Shown: positions 9,048 through 18,663, counted from the first letter of the stretch. The stretch: 64,000 nt of DNA from Candidatus Moraniibacteriota bacterium (GCA_049303905.1 JBAQNP010000020.1:78309-142308); one strand, 5' to 3'. Numbers and translations: made by a program. The notes: generated by a model from the letters alone, not told the origin.

Positions 9048-10316
9048 ATGTCTATTTTTTCAAAAATTGCAGGATTAGGAAAGTCTTCTTCGGAATTTAT
9101 TGTATCTTTGGATATTGGCACGGAAGTGGTCAAAGTTTTGGTTTTCAAAATTGATCCAGAAACCGGAGCGGGAATAGTTCGAGGTGTTGGCAGGTCGCGT
9201 CAAGGTTTGAAAGACATGCATAGTGGAGCTGTCTCCGATATTTCTGGCGTGATTACCAATTGTCGAGAAGCCATCGCAATGGCGCAAAATATGGCCGGCG
9301 CGAAAAAAGTTGAAAAAGCGATTATTGGTATTGCGGGGGAGCTGGTCAAGGGCACAACGACTACGGTGCATTATGAAAGAATCAATCCAGAAATTCGAAT
9401 CGATTTGCCAGAGCTAAAAAACATTATTCAAAAAGTTCAAAGAAAAGCTTTTGATAGAATTAGAAGTCAGTTGTCTTGGGAAACAGGACACAGCGAAATA
9501 GAAATCGAACTAATAAACGCGGTGATTGTAGATGTTCGAATTGATGGCTACAAAGTTTCTAATCCAGTCGGATTTCAAGGGCGCGATGTGTCAATGTCAA
9601 TTTTCAATGCTTATGCGCCAATGATGCATCTTGGGGCGCTCACCAAAATTGCAGAAGAACTTGATCTTAATCTTTTGAATATCGCAGCCGAACCATATGC
9701 TGTGGCGCGTTCTATGGGCGTGGAAGATTCTCTGGATTTTAGCGCAATTTTCATTGATATTGGCGGAGGAACAACCGATGTTGCAGTGGTACGAAATGGC
9801 GGACTAGAAGGCACGAAAATGTTTGGTTTGGGTGGACGAGCCTTCACTAAAAGATTGGCACAAGAGCTCAATATTGGTTTTGAAGAAGCAGAAATGCTCA
9901 AGATTAAATATGCCGAAGGAAAATTAGGGAGGGATGTGAGTGTGAAAATTGAAAAAATTCTAGCTGATGATTGCGATGTGTGGCTTCGCGGAATCGAACT
10001 AACACTGTCGGAATTTTCTGAATCAGATATTTTGCCACATCGCTTTTTTCTGTGTGGCGGAGGATCGGGATTGCCGGGGATAAAAAAAGCTTTGATGAGT
10101 ACGCATTGGAGAAAAAATTTACCATTTGCTAAATCAATTGAAGTTGGGTATCTGCAACCAAAGGATGTGGTAAACATTATTGATGAAACAGGACAGCTCA
10201 AAGATCCACAAGATATTACCCCGATGGGGCTAGCTAATTTAGCGCTAGATTTAGCCGGAGAAGAAAAAGTAATTGCCGGAATTCTCCGACGAACAGTGAA
10301 AATGATGCAGAAGTAA
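9048..10316 (+). CDS. ftsA: Actin-like ATPase of the FtsA/PilM family (likely FtsA)
   Basis: VSLDIGTEVVKVLV phosphate-1 motif, DIGGGTTD phosphate-2; 422 aa favours FtsA over PilM. Confidence 0.55.
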   Translation: MSIFSKIAGLGKSSSEFIVSLDIGTEVVKVLVFKIDPETGAGIVRGVGRSRQGLKDMHSGAVSDISGVITNCREAIAMAQNMAGAKKVEKAIIGIAGELVKGTTTTVHYERINPEIRIDLPELKNIIQKVQRKAFDRIRSQLSWETGHSEIEIELINAVIVDVRIDGYKVSNPVGFQGRDVSMSIFNAYAPMMHLGALTKIAEELDLNLLNIAAEPYAVARSMGVEDSLDFSAIFIDIGGGTTDVAVVRNGGLEGTKMFGLGGRAFTKRLAQELNIGFEEAEMLKIKYAEGKLGRDVSVKIEKILADDCDVWLRGIELTLSEFSESDILPHRFFLCGGGSGLPGIKKALMSTHWRKNLPFAKSIEVGYLQPKDVVNIIDETGQLKDPQDITPMGLANLALDLAGEEKVIAGILRRTVKMMQK

Positions 10317-10317
10317 A

Positions 10318-10457
10318 TCAGAACCACTGATTATCTCTGATTTGCACATGATTGCACGTGAAATAATATAAATAATTTAAAACTGCAGATTAGTTTTTAT
10401 TTGATAAGATTTTGATTCAGTGAAATCAGAATAATCAAATGCTAATCAGTGGTTCTG
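10318..10457. repeat. 140-bp element bounded by 15-bp perfect inverted repeats (CAGAACCACTGATTA)
   Basis: TCAGAACCACTGATTA at 10319 and TAATCAGTGGTTCTGA at 10441; the right arm overlaps the start codon of the next ORF. Confidence 0.45.
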
Positions 10458-12356
10458 AACAGTATGGCCCATCAGACATTTTATATCGATATTGACGAGG
10501 AAATAACTTCTATTGTAGAACGGCTTAAAAAAGCGCGGGCCAGTGAAATTATTATCGTCGCGCCCAAAAGAGCGTTACTTATTCAAAGTATCGTAAATTT
10601 GCGCATTCTCAAAAAAGAAGCGGATGAAAATGATATTCAATTGATGATGGTGACGCAAGATAAGCTTGGAAAAATTCTCATAGAAAAAGCGGGAATTTTT
10701 GTTCAGCAAAAAATGGACAATATCTCTGATGAGGAAATTGATTTGGGTGAAAGGGAAATGGCCGGCACTCAGAATTATTCTAATGAAAATGAGATAGCTG
10801 AAATACGGGAAAGTCAAGGTCGACTAAATAATATTGGTTCAGAAAGTTATTTTGACGAAAAAGAAGGAGCCCAGCATTTGCAAGCTAATTTAGAAAAAAA
10901 TAAAAAAATTAGAGTGACTAAGAAAAATGAAGCAGAGCAGGAAAAACTAGTTAATAGAGAATTGGTCTCGGGCGTGGGAAATATCCTTGGGAAAAAAGAG
11001 AAAAAAGTGAATTTAGATATCGCTTCTCGATCAAATATCATTCCGCCCGAACCAAGAATTTCTAAAAATTATACAGAAAATGATGAGATCCAAGAGAAAA
11101 AAATAGATAATTTTTTCTTTCAAAAAAATAATTTTGAAAATAAGCCGAGAAAACCCCACGTCGAAGAATTTAGAAATTACGATTTATCCAAAAAGGATCA
11201 CAAAGGATTTTTGATTTTTGGCTTGATTTCACTTTTGGCAGTCTTGGCTATAGTTGCCTATCTATTTTTGCCGAAAGCTACTTTGAAGATTAGCGCCAAA
11301 ACGAAAACTCAATCAGTGGACTCCAATATAACTGGCAGTACCAACGCCGTTTCTTCTGATTTTGAAAAAGAAATTATCCCAGCCAAAATAGTATCAATTG
11401 AAAATTCTGTTTCTGAAAGTTTCAAATCTTCTGGCGATAAGGCAGTTTCTAATCAGAAAGCGCGAGGGAAGATAACAATTTATAATGAATACAGCACAAG
11501 TTCACAACCACTGGTGGCAACTACCAGATTTCTAAGTAGCAATGGAAAAATTTTCCGATTGGTAAATGGAGTGACGATTCCTGGAATGGAAACATCTGGT
11601 GGGGAAACAAAGCCTGGGACAGTGGAAGCGCAAGTGATTGCTGATGAAGCGGGAGAGAGTTTTAACATTGCTCCAGACAAGTTTACTATTCCTGGGTTTG
11701 AAGGTAGTGGAGCGGAAAAATATACGAAATTTTATGCTAAATCAGATACGACAATGTCAGGTGGAGGAAGCGGAAATCAAACAGCCAATTATATAACTGA
11801 CAGTGATATAGCCGAAGCTAAAGCTAAATCGCTCACAAAACTGAATGAAGAAATTGAGAAAAAATTAAAAGAATCTGCGGGAGAAGATGTGGTCATCTTA
11901 GACGACGCGACGCAAAGCGATGAACCAATTTATAAATTGTCTAATTCAAGCGGGGACGTGGTGGACACATTTCAAATTACTATGCAAACTAAAGTTAAGG
12001 CGATTGTGGTTAGCAAGAAAGATCTAAATGAAATGGTGGCAAAAATGATTTCCAAAGCAGGTGATGGCAAGGCGAATATAGATGATAATTCTATAAAATT
12101 GGATTTTGGAAAATCCAGTGTTGATTTTGAGGCGGGAACAATTGATATAAAATTTCATGCCGTTGGCGAAATTATCCCAGATCTTAATTTAGAGGCCATG
12201 AAAAAAGAGATTTTAGGGAAAAACAACGAGGATTTAACGGCTTATCTAAGCACATTTTCTGATATCAAGGATGCGAATGTGGAATATCAGCCGTCATTTA
12301 TGAATAGTCGTATTCCGCAAATAAAAAGTCGAGTGGAGATAATACTTGACAAATAA
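10449..12356 (+). CDS. Hypothetical membrane-anchored protein (635 aa)
   Basis: One predicted transmembrane helix near residue 255 (LIFGLISLLAVLAIVAYLFL); no catalytic motif. Confidence 0.45.
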   Translation: MVLNSMAHQTFYIDIDEEITSIVERLKKARASEIIIVAPKRALLIQSIVNLRILKKEADENDIQLMMVTQDKLGKILIEKAGIFVQQKMDNISDEEIDLGEREMAGTQNYSNENEIAEIRESQGRLNNIGSESYFDEKEGAQHLQANLEKNKKIRVTKKNEAEQEKLVNRELVSGVGNILGKKEKKVNLDIASRSNIIPPEPRISKNYTENDEIQEKKIDNFFFQKNNFENKPRKPHVEEFRNYDLSKKDHKGFLIFGLISLLAVLAIVAYLFLPKATLKISAKTKTQSVDSNITGSTNAVSSDFEKEIIPAKIVSIENSVSESFKSSGDKAVSNQKARGKITIYNEYSTSSQPLVATTRFLSSNGKIFRLVNGVTIPGMETSGGETKPGTVEAQVIADEAGESFNIAPDKFTIPGFEGSGAEKYTKFYAKSDTTMSGGGSGNQTANYITDSDIAEAKAKSLTKLNEEIEKKLKESAGEDVVILDDATQSDEPIYKLSNSSGDVVDTFQITMQTKVKAIVVSKKDLNEMVAKMISKAGDGKANIDDNSIKLDFGKSSVDFEAGTIDIKFHAVGEIIPDLNLEAMKKEILGKNNEDLTAYLSTFSDIKDANVEYQPSFMNSRIPQIKSRVEIILDK

Positions 12357-12514
12357 TTGAGGAAGCGATATTATAGTAGGGAAGTTAAAAATAAAGTTTC
12401 AATATATAGAGGGAATTTTTCAGTTTTCAGGAATTTGGATTGACAAAACAGTCCCAAGGCACAAGTGAAATTCTTCACTGGTCTTGTGAGATTCCGTCTA
12501 TTTTTTGTTTTATA

Positions 12515-12733
12515 ATGAATAATAAAGAATTAGTTAAATTAGAAGGAGAAGTTGTGGAAAATTTGCCTAGCACAACATTCAAAGTGAAATTGGATAATGG
12601 GCATGAGATTTTGGCTCATATTTCTGGAAGAATGCGAGTAAACTATATTCGCCTTATTCCCGGAGACAGAGTCATTGTTGAAATGAGCCCGTACGACCTA
12701 ACTAAGGGCAGAATTACGCAAAGATTAAAATAG
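12515..12733 (+). CDS. infA: Translation initiation factor IF-1
   Basis: From the internal Met: [67 protein letters not shown] is near-canonical IF-1. The ORF-track start at 12440 is probably too far upstream. Confidence 0.85.
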   Translation: MNNKELVKLEGEVVENLPSTTFKVKLDNGHEILAHISGRMRVNYIRLIPGDRVIVEMSPYDLTKGRITQRLK

Positions 12734-12743
12734 TAAATTTATT

Positions 12744-12857
12744 ATGAAAGTAAGAGCATCAGTGAAAAAAATTTGTGATAAATGTAAAATTGTTAAACGA
12801 AACAAAAAGATTTTTGTTATTTGTTCTAATCCAAAGCATAAACAACGTCAAGGGTAG
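12744..12857 (+). CDS. rpmJ: 50S ribosomal protein L36
   Basis: [37 protein letters not shown] (38 aa); below the ORF-track length cutoff. Confidence 0.85.
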   Translation: MKVRASVKKICDKCKIVKRNKKIFVICSNPKHKQRQG

Positions 12858-12865
12858 ATCTTTAC

Positions 12866-12942
12866 TAATTACGAATTAAGTACGAATATACTAATAAGAA
12901 ATTCGTACATTCGTATATTAGTAAGTGATTCGTAATTCGTAA
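12866..12942. repeat. Cluster of TACGAAT / ATTCGTA palindromic motifs
   Basis: TTACGAAT, TACGAATATACTAATA, ATTCGTACATTCGTATATTAGTAA, ATTCGTAATTCGTAA upstream of rpsM. The same motif family recurs at 13369, 14575 and 48896. Confidence 0.4.
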
Positions 12943-12980
12943 GGAAAAAATCTAACTAAAATACTTAAATTTAAATTAGT

Positions 12981-13367
12981 ATGCTCAGAATTTCAGGAGT
13001 TAATATTCCAGATGAAAAAAGAATAGTTATTTCCCTAACCTATATATACGGGATAGGCAATGCTGTGGCGGCTAAAATTTTGAAAGAACTTAGTATTTCC
13101 CCAGATAAAAGAACCAAAGACTTGGACGAAGAAGAGCAAAATGCTATTCGAACTTATATTGAGAAAAAAATCAAATCTGAAGGAGAACTTAAGCATGAAG
13201 TGCGAAATAACATCAAAAGACTCAAGGAAATTGGTTGTTATCGCGGAACGCGTCATCAAAAAGGTTTGCCAACTCGTGGACAAAGAACCAAAACGAACAA
13301 TCGAACTGTGCGAGGCAACGTGAGACGAACAATGGGATCTGGCCGAGTGAAGACTGAAAAGACTTAG
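12981..13367 (+). CDS. rpsM: 30S ribosomal protein S13
   Basis: [26 protein letters not shown]… is canonical S13. Confidence 0.9.
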   Translation: MLRISGVNIPDEKRIVISLTYIYGIGNAVAAKILKELSISPDKRTKDLDEEEQNAIRTYIEKKIKSEGELKHEVRNNIKRLKEIGCYRGTRHQKGLPTRGQRTKTNNRTVRGNVRRTMGSGRVKTEKT

Positions 13368-13368
13368 A

Positions 13369-13436
13369 ATTACGAAAATACGAATCTGGCGAAAATACGA
13401 ATTCGTACTTTCGTTTAATTCGTAAGTTCGTAAATG
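13369..13436. repeat. TACGAAT / ATTCGTA motif cluster
   Basis: TTACGAAAATACGAAT…AATACGAATTCGTAC…AATTCGTAAGTTCGTAA between rpsM and rpsK. Confidence 0.4.
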
Positions 13437-13457
13437 AAATAACTATATAAAACAATT

Positions 13458-13925
13458 ATGACCGAAGAAGTAACTAAAAAAGAAGAAGCTAAAAATACAG
13501 AAGCAAAGCCTGAGGTTTTGGAAGTGGAAAAAAACGAAGAAGAGGTAGCTAAGAAAAAAATCAAGAAAGCTAAAAGACAAATTTCTAAAGGCCGAGCAAC
13601 TGTTAAGTGTTCATATAATAACACTATGGTAAGTATTGCTGATTTGACTGGTGGAGTCTTGGGCTGGGCAAGTTCAGGAATGCTTGGTTTTAAGGGGGCA
13701 AAGAAGGCTACGCCATATGCTGCTACGCAAGTAGTTGCTAATGTGAGTGAAAAAGTGAAAAAATATGGACTAACAGAGTTGGAAGTTTTTGTTAAGGGTG
13801 TGGGAAGTGGTAGAGAAGCTTCCATACGTGCTCTTGCTAATAATGGATTTGATTTAACATTAATCAAGGATGTAACCCCGATTCCACACAACGGATGTCG
13901 GGCGAAAAAACCTAGACGAATATAA
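13458..13925 (+). CDS. rpsK: 30S ribosomal protein S11 (N-terminal Lys/Glu-rich extension)
   Basis: S11 core RATVKCSYNNTMVSIADLTGGVLGWASSGMLGFKGAKKATPYAA. Confidence 0.9.
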   Translation: MTEEVTKKEEAKNTEAKPEVLEVEKNEEEVAKKKIKKAKRQISKGRATVKCSYNNTMVSIADLTGGVLGWASSGMLGFKGAKKATPYAATQVVANVSEKVKKYGLTELEVFVKGVGSGREASIRALANNGFDLTLIKDVTPIPHNGCRAKKPRRI

Positions 13926-13930
13926 AGTTT

Positions 13931-14563
13931 ATGGCACGAGATATACAAGCAAAATGTAGAAAATGTAGAAGGGCTGGAGAAAAGCTTTTTATTAAAGGTG
14001 ACAGGTGTAATGGACCTAAATGCGCTATGGTAAAACGGGCTTATGCGCCGGGAGTTCATGGTAAGAAAATAAAGCGCGGACTTAGTGAATACGGAATGCA
14101 ACTTGCAACAAAACAGAAGATAAAAAGAATGTACGGAGTCTTGGAAAAACAATTCAGAAAACATTTTGAAGAAGTAAAGGGAAAAAAAGGGATCACTGGC
14201 GATTTATTATTGGCTCGTTTGGAAATGCGTCTAGACAATGTGGTATATCGAATGGGCTTGGCTAGTTCAAGATCTGGCGCTCGTCAATTAGTCAATCATG
14301 GTCTAATTAGTGTAGAAGGAAAAAAGGTGACTATTCCGTCATATGAAACTAAAATCGGACAAACTATTGGACTAAATAAGGCTAAAACAGAGCGAAATTA
14401 TTTCAAAAATATAGAGCAGGCTTTGAAAAATAAAAAAGATTTTCCAGCCTGGGTAAGTTTTGATGCTGATAAAAAAGAAGGAAAGGTTACAGGGCAACCA
14501 CAAAGAATGGATATCGGAGTAAATGTTGACGCCCAAATTATAGTGGAATATTATTCTCGATAA
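13931..14563 (+). CDS. rpsD: 30S ribosomal protein S4
   Basis: CRKCRRAGEKLFIKGDRC zinc-ribbon-like N-terminus and an S4 domain (RLDNVVYRMGLA…). Confidence 0.9.
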   Translation: MARDIQAKCRKCRRAGEKLFIKGDRCNGPKCAMVKRAYAPGVHGKKIKRGLSEYGMQLATKQKIKRMYGVLEKQFRKHFEEVKGKKGITGDLLLARLEMRLDNVVYRMGLASSRSGARQLVNHGLISVEGKKVTIPSYETKIGQTIGLNKAKTERNYFKNIEQALKNKKDFPAWVSFDADKKEGKVTGQPQRMDIGVNVDAQIIVEYYSR

Positions 14564-14574
14564 ATTTAAAATAT

Positions 14575-14612
14575 TTACGAACTATGAAATTAAAAAATTC
14601 GTAATTCGTAAA
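14575..14612. repeat. TACGAAT / ATTCGTA motif cluster
   Basis: ATTTACGAACT…AATTCGTAATTCGTAAAG between rpsD and rpoA. Confidence 0.35.
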
Positions 14613-14620
14613 GAAAAACT

Positions 14621-15586
14621 ATGCAAATATCACTTCCTCAAAAACCTAAATATGTTTCTTCGGACAAAAAAACTGCTACTTTCGAAATTGAAGGTTGCTA
14701 TCCGGGATATGGAACAACATTAGGTAACGCTCTTCGTAGAGTGCTTTTATCTTCTCTCTCTGGGGCAGCTATCGTTTCAGTTAAGATAAAAAATGTTAAA
14801 CATGAATTTTCCACTATTCCAAATGTAGCGGAAGATATTATTCAGATTATCTTGAATTTGAAGCAAGTGAGATTTAAACTTTATGGCGATGAAAATGTGA
14901 AAGTTAATTTGAAAGTTAAGGGTGAAAAGAAAATAACTGCTGATATGATAGAATGTCCTTCTAATGTAGAAGTGGTTAATGGCGATGCTTTTATTGCTTC
15001 TATCACTAGTCCAAAAGGTGAGGTTGAAATAGAGATGGAAATTTCCAGTGGAATTGGTTATATCCCAGTAGAACAACAAGATCGCGAGAAAAAAGAAGTT
15101 GGTGTGATCGCAGTAGATGCAATTTATACTCCAATTCGAAGAGTTAATTATACCATTTCTAATATGCGCGTGGGAAAAAGAACTGATTTTGAAAAGATAA
15201 GTTTGGAAATTGCAACGGATGGAAGCATTGACCCACAAGAAGCTTTTTTGAAATCAGTAGAAATTCTTGTGGAACAATTCTCCGTGCTCAAAGATTTGGA
15301 AAAAGCCGGTAAGGAAAAGGAAATTATTGCTCCGGAAAAAAAGGAAGTTGAAATAGAAGTGAAAAAAGTCGAAAAAGATCCAAACATAATTGAAATTGCT
15401 GATTTGAAAAGTCTCTCAACTAGAACTCTAAATGTTTTAGAAAAAGCCAAAATCAAGAATGTTGGTGATATTGTAAAGTTAAACGAGGATGAAATTACTA
15501 ATCTGGATGGAATGGGAGCAAAAGGCATCAAAGAAATCAAGAAAGCCGTAGGTGATTTCGGTTTGAATCTAAAAAAAGCGGAATAG
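14621..15586 (+). CDS. rpoA: DNA-directed RNA polymerase alpha subunit
   Basis: N-terminal domain (YGTTLGNALRRVLLSSL) plus a C-terminal helix-hairpin-helix domain. Confidence 0.9.
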   Translation: MQISLPQKPKYVSSDKKTATFEIEGCYPGYGTTLGNALRRVLLSSLSGAAIVSVKIKNVKHEFSTIPNVAEDIIQIILNLKQVRFKLYGDENVKVNLKVKGEKKITADMIECPSNVEVVNGDAFIASITSPKGEVEIEMEISSGIGYIPVEQQDREKKEVGVIAVDAIYTPIRRVNYTISNMRVGKRTDFEKISLEIATDGSIDPQEAFLKSVEILVEQFSVLKDLEKAGKEKEIIAPEKKEVEIEVKKVEKDPNIIEIADLKSLSTRTLNVLEKAKIKNVGDIVKLNEDEITNLDGMGAKGIKEIKKAVGDFGLNLKKAE

Positions 15587-15619
15587 TTTTATAGTAAATA
15601 GTAATTAGTAGCTAAAACA

Positions 15620-15982
15620 ATGCAACACAAGAATAAAACAAAGGAATTTGGCAGAACAACAAGTCAAAGAAAAGCAATGTACAAAACAATGCTAGGGAGT
15701 TTGATTATGCGAGAAAAAATTCAAACAACTGAGGCTAAGGCCAAAGAACTCAAAGCCAGAATTGACAAGGTGATTAACAAAGCCAAAATTGGCAATGATG
15801 AAAAGAAAAAACTTGGCATCAGAAGAGATTTAGTCAAATATATTCCAGAAATTGCTATCAAAAAAATCACCGGAGAATTCTTGAAAAAATTTGAAAAGAA
15901 AAATTGTGGCTATACAAGAGTGATAAAATTAGCTCCAAGAAAAAGTGATGGAGCCAGAGTTGCAGTAATTGAATTTATATAA
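15620..15982 (+). CDS. rplQ: 50S ribosomal protein L17
   Basis: Conserved alpha-operon position after rpoA; basic 120-aa protein with an L17-like N-terminus (TTSQRKAMYKT). Confidence 0.8.
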   Translation: MQHKNKTKEFGRTTSQRKAMYKTMLGSLIMREKIQTTEAKAKELKARIDKVINKAKIGNDEKKKLGIRRDLVKYIPEIAIKKITGEFLKKFEKKNCGYTRVIKLAPRKSDGARVAVIEFI

Positions 15983-15984
15983 TT

Positions 15985-16371
15985 ATGAAAACAATCAACA
16001 GAAAATATCATTTATTTGATGCAAAAAAAGAAAATCTTGGTAGAATGGCAACAAAAATTGCGACAATTCTTCGTGGTAAAAACAAAGTTGATTTCACTCC
16101 AAATATCGATGGTGGTGATTTCGTGGTGGTTATAAATTCTGATAATTTGCAAGTAACCGGCAATAAGCTAGATGGAAAGTTATACCATCATTATAGCGGA
16201 TATCCTGGAGGAATTAGAAGCGTTAAACTCAAAGATCAAATTGAAAAAGATTCTCGAGAAGTTATAAAGACAGCCGTCTATGGGATGTTGTCAAAAAATA
16301 AATTGAGAGATTTGATGATAAAAAGACTTTTGATATATAAAGATGATAAGCACGAACACAAGATTTCGTAA
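15985..16371 (+). CDS. rplM: 50S ribosomal protein L13
   Basis: LGRMATKIATILRGKNKVDFTPNIDGGDFVVVINSD is canonical L13. Confidence 0.9.
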   Translation: MKTINRKYHLFDAKKENLGRMATKIATILRGKNKVDFTPNIDGGDFVVVINSDNLQVTGNKLDGKLYHHYSGYPGGIRSVKLKDQIEKDSREVIKTAVYGMLSKNKLRDLMIKRLLIYKDDKHEHKIS

Positions 16372-16390
16372 TTAGTAGAGAAAAAATATT

Positions 16391-16852
16391 ATGCCAACAA
16401 AGAAAATTGTAAAAAAAGAAGAGGAAAAAGCTCCCAAAAAGGAAGTTGCTAAAAAAGGACCTTATTTTTATGCAGTCGGCAGAAGAAAAACTGCCATAGC
16501 TAGAGTTAAGATTTTTCCGTCTGACATTGCTCAAAATACACTTACGATAAATGAAAAGAAATTTGAAGAATATTTTCCAGTGAGTCGTTGGCGAGATTTA
16601 GCAAAAGCCCCCCTAGCTTTGGCAGGAGAAGGTGCAAAATTTAGCGTAGAAGCGAAAGTTTATGGCGGTGGAATAAGCGCGCAAGCTGATGCAGTAAAAC
16701 TTGGAATCGCCAGAGCGCTTGTGCTTTTCAATAAAGATCTAAAAAAAGCTTTGAAGGGAGAAAAATATCTAACCCGTGATCCGCGAGAAGTGGAACGCAA
16801 GAAATTCGGCCTCAAGAAAGCACGAAAATCCCCACAGTGGGCGAAACGATAG
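16391..16852 (+). CDS. rpsI: 30S ribosomal protein S9 (Lys-rich N-terminal extension)
   Basis: YGGGISAQADAVKLGIARAL…KKARKSPQWAKR is canonical S9. Confidence 0.9.
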   Translation: MPTKKIVKKEEEKAPKKEVAKKGPYFYAVGRRKTAIARVKIFPSDIAQNTLTINEKKFEEYFPVSRWRDLAKAPLALAGEGAKFSVEAKVYGGGISAQADAVKLGIARALVLFNKDLKKALKGEKYLTRDPREVERKKFGLKKARKSPQWAKR

Positions 16853-17030
16853 GAAATTTTGTTTATATTTTCAAAACACTCGTCATTTGGCGGGTGTTTT
16901 TTTGTTAATGACATATTTTTGGAGTAAAATAAAGAGGAGTTGATTATCGAAAAAAGTTATGCACACTACAAACTTTACAAAGGTTTAATTTAGTGATAAT
17001 ATATCATCGTAAGGAAATAAAAATAGAAAC

Positions 17031-17648
17031 ATGAACAAAGAAGAGATAAAAAAATTTATTGAATCATTCTTAGAAAAACAAGAACGAACTATTGTTATTG
17101 TAGATTATGGTAATGTTGAAAAATGGAAGAATAGTCTTGATTGGAAAGTAGGCACTAAAGAACTGGGGAACTTGGTTAAAAATTTTTCTAAAGGAAAGAA
17201 ATTTCTAAGAAGGTTTTATTATGGTTCAGATTATGGTAAAAGCGAGAATAATGAAAATTTGACTGGATGGTCACGTTCAATTCTAGAAAAAGCGGATATG
17301 AATAATTTTGAAGTAGTGACTAAGCGTGTAAAATACATCCATGATTTCAATAATAAAGCTGGATTTGAGAAAAAGTGTGACTTGGATGTTGAAATGGCAA
17401 TTGACTTAGTAAAAGAAAGAGAAAATTATGACACAATAATATTATTTTCTGGTGATGGTGATTTAATGTATGCGATAAAATATTTACATGATGAGTATAA
17501 GAAAGAAGGCTATGTTTTTGGTGCAAGAGATCATATTGGGAGAGAGATTTTTGATATGAAAAAAGAAGGAGTTATTAAGGATATTTTGTTTGCTGAAGAT
17601 TTTGAATATAGATTAAAAGATGCATATAATCCTAGTTTTTGGCGTTGA
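17031..17648 (+). CDS. NYN (LabA-like, PIN-fold) domain protein
   Basis: IVIVDYGNV…DLDVEMAIDLV…ILFSGDGDL matches the NYN acidic-residue constellation. Confidence 0.5.
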   Translation: MNKEEIKKFIESFLEKQERTIVIVDYGNVEKWKNSLDWKVGTKELGNLVKNFSKGKKFLRRFYYGSDYGKSENNENLTGWSRSILEKADMNNFEVVTKRVKYIHDFNNKAGFEKKCDLDVEMAIDLVKERENYDTIILFSGDGDLMYAIKYLHDEYKKEGYVFGARDHIGREIFDMKKEGVIKDILFAEDFEYRLKDAYNPSFWR

Positions 17649-17659
17649 TAAAATCAGAA

Positions 17660-17682
17660 AACCGCCTTACGGCGGTTATCGA
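17660..17682 (+). terminator. Hairpin ACCGCC-TTAC-GGCGGT (weak U-run)
   Basis: 6-bp GC stem just after the NYN stop codon. Confidence 0.35.
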
Positions 17683-17844
17683 TCAAAATGGGGCAGACCT
17701 AAAGTCTACGCTAATAATACTAGCATATATTGAAAAATATTTCAAGTGAGTTGTGGATAACTCTGAAAGGCGCTTTATTTAAGGGGTATAATTTGGAAAT
17801 CAGGGACACACTTTTGGCTTATTGGGAGAAAGGGGGTAAAATAG

Positions 17845-17893
17845 AAGTGTTAAGTAACCAGCCTCATCGGCGGACAAGCATGTTAAGTAACAA
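17845..17893. repeat. Island junction repeat (long form, GTTAAGT + CCTCATCGGCGGACAA core)
   Basis: GAAGTGTTAAGTAACCAGCCTCATCGGCGGACAAGCATGTTAAGTAACAA. Related copies at 18664, 26926, 27631, 28748. Confidence 0.45.
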
Positions 17894-17901
17894 TTAGCCA
17901 T

Positions 17902-18645
17902 ATGGAAAAAGACGAACAATACGAGAAAATTCTTCAACAAGCTAAAAATGATAGCGAGGTTCTTGGCTTTGCTTTGGTGGGAGGAAGAGGGAAAGGTTTT
18001 GTGACGGAAAATTCTGATTACGATATCTATATTATCACTTCCGAAAATTATCTGGATGAAGCTAAGAAAAAATATCCTTCAACTATAAAGCCATTTAAGT
18101 TTGATATTTTTGTGCATTCAATGACTTCCTTTAGAGAATATGCGAATTTTGGCACTTCACACAAATGGGATAGATATAATTTTACATATATCAAGGCTTT
18201 GTTTGATAACACGGATGGAGAATTTCAGAAACTTATCGATGAAAAAGGAAAAATTCCTGAAGATAGGGTGCGAGAAATAACCAAGGATAATCTTGATTCC
18301 TATATAAATTGTTTTTATCGTTCGGTGAAAAATCATCGAGACGGAAATGAATTTGCCTCATACTTGGATTCTACGGAATCTGTGCAGTGGTTGGTCGCTT
18401 TTGTTTTTTCGCTTGAAGGGCGAGTGAAGCCTTTTAGCAAATACATAGAGTGGGCTCTCAAAGAACATCCTTTGGAATTTTTGCCTTGGAGTGGAGAGGA
18501 CTTTATGTTAGTAATGAAAAAATTATTACAAATGGATAATATGGAATTTCAAAAAGAAGTTTTTCAAAAAATTTGCAAATTTGCGATAGAGCGAGGATAT
18601 AAAGAGATAATTGATAGTTGGGAGGGCTGCTATTTCGGGGAATGA
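17902..18645 (+). CDS. Pol-beta-fold nucleotidyltransferase (ANT(6)/Lnu-like)
   Basis: LGFALVGGRGKGFVTENSDYDIYIIT (a G-S-like motif plus paired Asp), followed by a helical C-terminal domain. Confidence 0.45.
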   Translation: MEKDEQYEKILQQAKNDSEVLGFALVGGRGKGFVTENSDYDIYIITSENYLDEAKKKYPSTIKPFKFDIFVHSMTSFREYANFGTSHKWDRYNFTYIKALFDNTDGEFQKLIDEKGKIPEDRVREITKDNLDSYINCFYRSVKNHRDGNEFASYLDSTESVQWLVAFVFSLEGRVKPFSKYIEWALKEHPLEFLPWSGEDFMLVMKKLLQMDNMEFQKEVFQKICKFAIERGYKEIIDSWEGCYFGE

Positions 18646-18663
18646 TTATTGATGGTAGAATGG

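Noticed and set aside
9611-10327. Long antisense ORFs inside well-supported genes (e.g. 9611-10327, 13415-14164, 14777-15238, 43061-43633 and 58707-59417, all minus strand)
   Set aside because: Each lies entirely within a gene with strong family motifs on the opposite strand (ftsA-like, rpsK/rpsD, rpoA, hisG copies). Their compositions are low-complexity Ser/Phe/Ile-rich, typical of antisense frames in AT-rich DNA.
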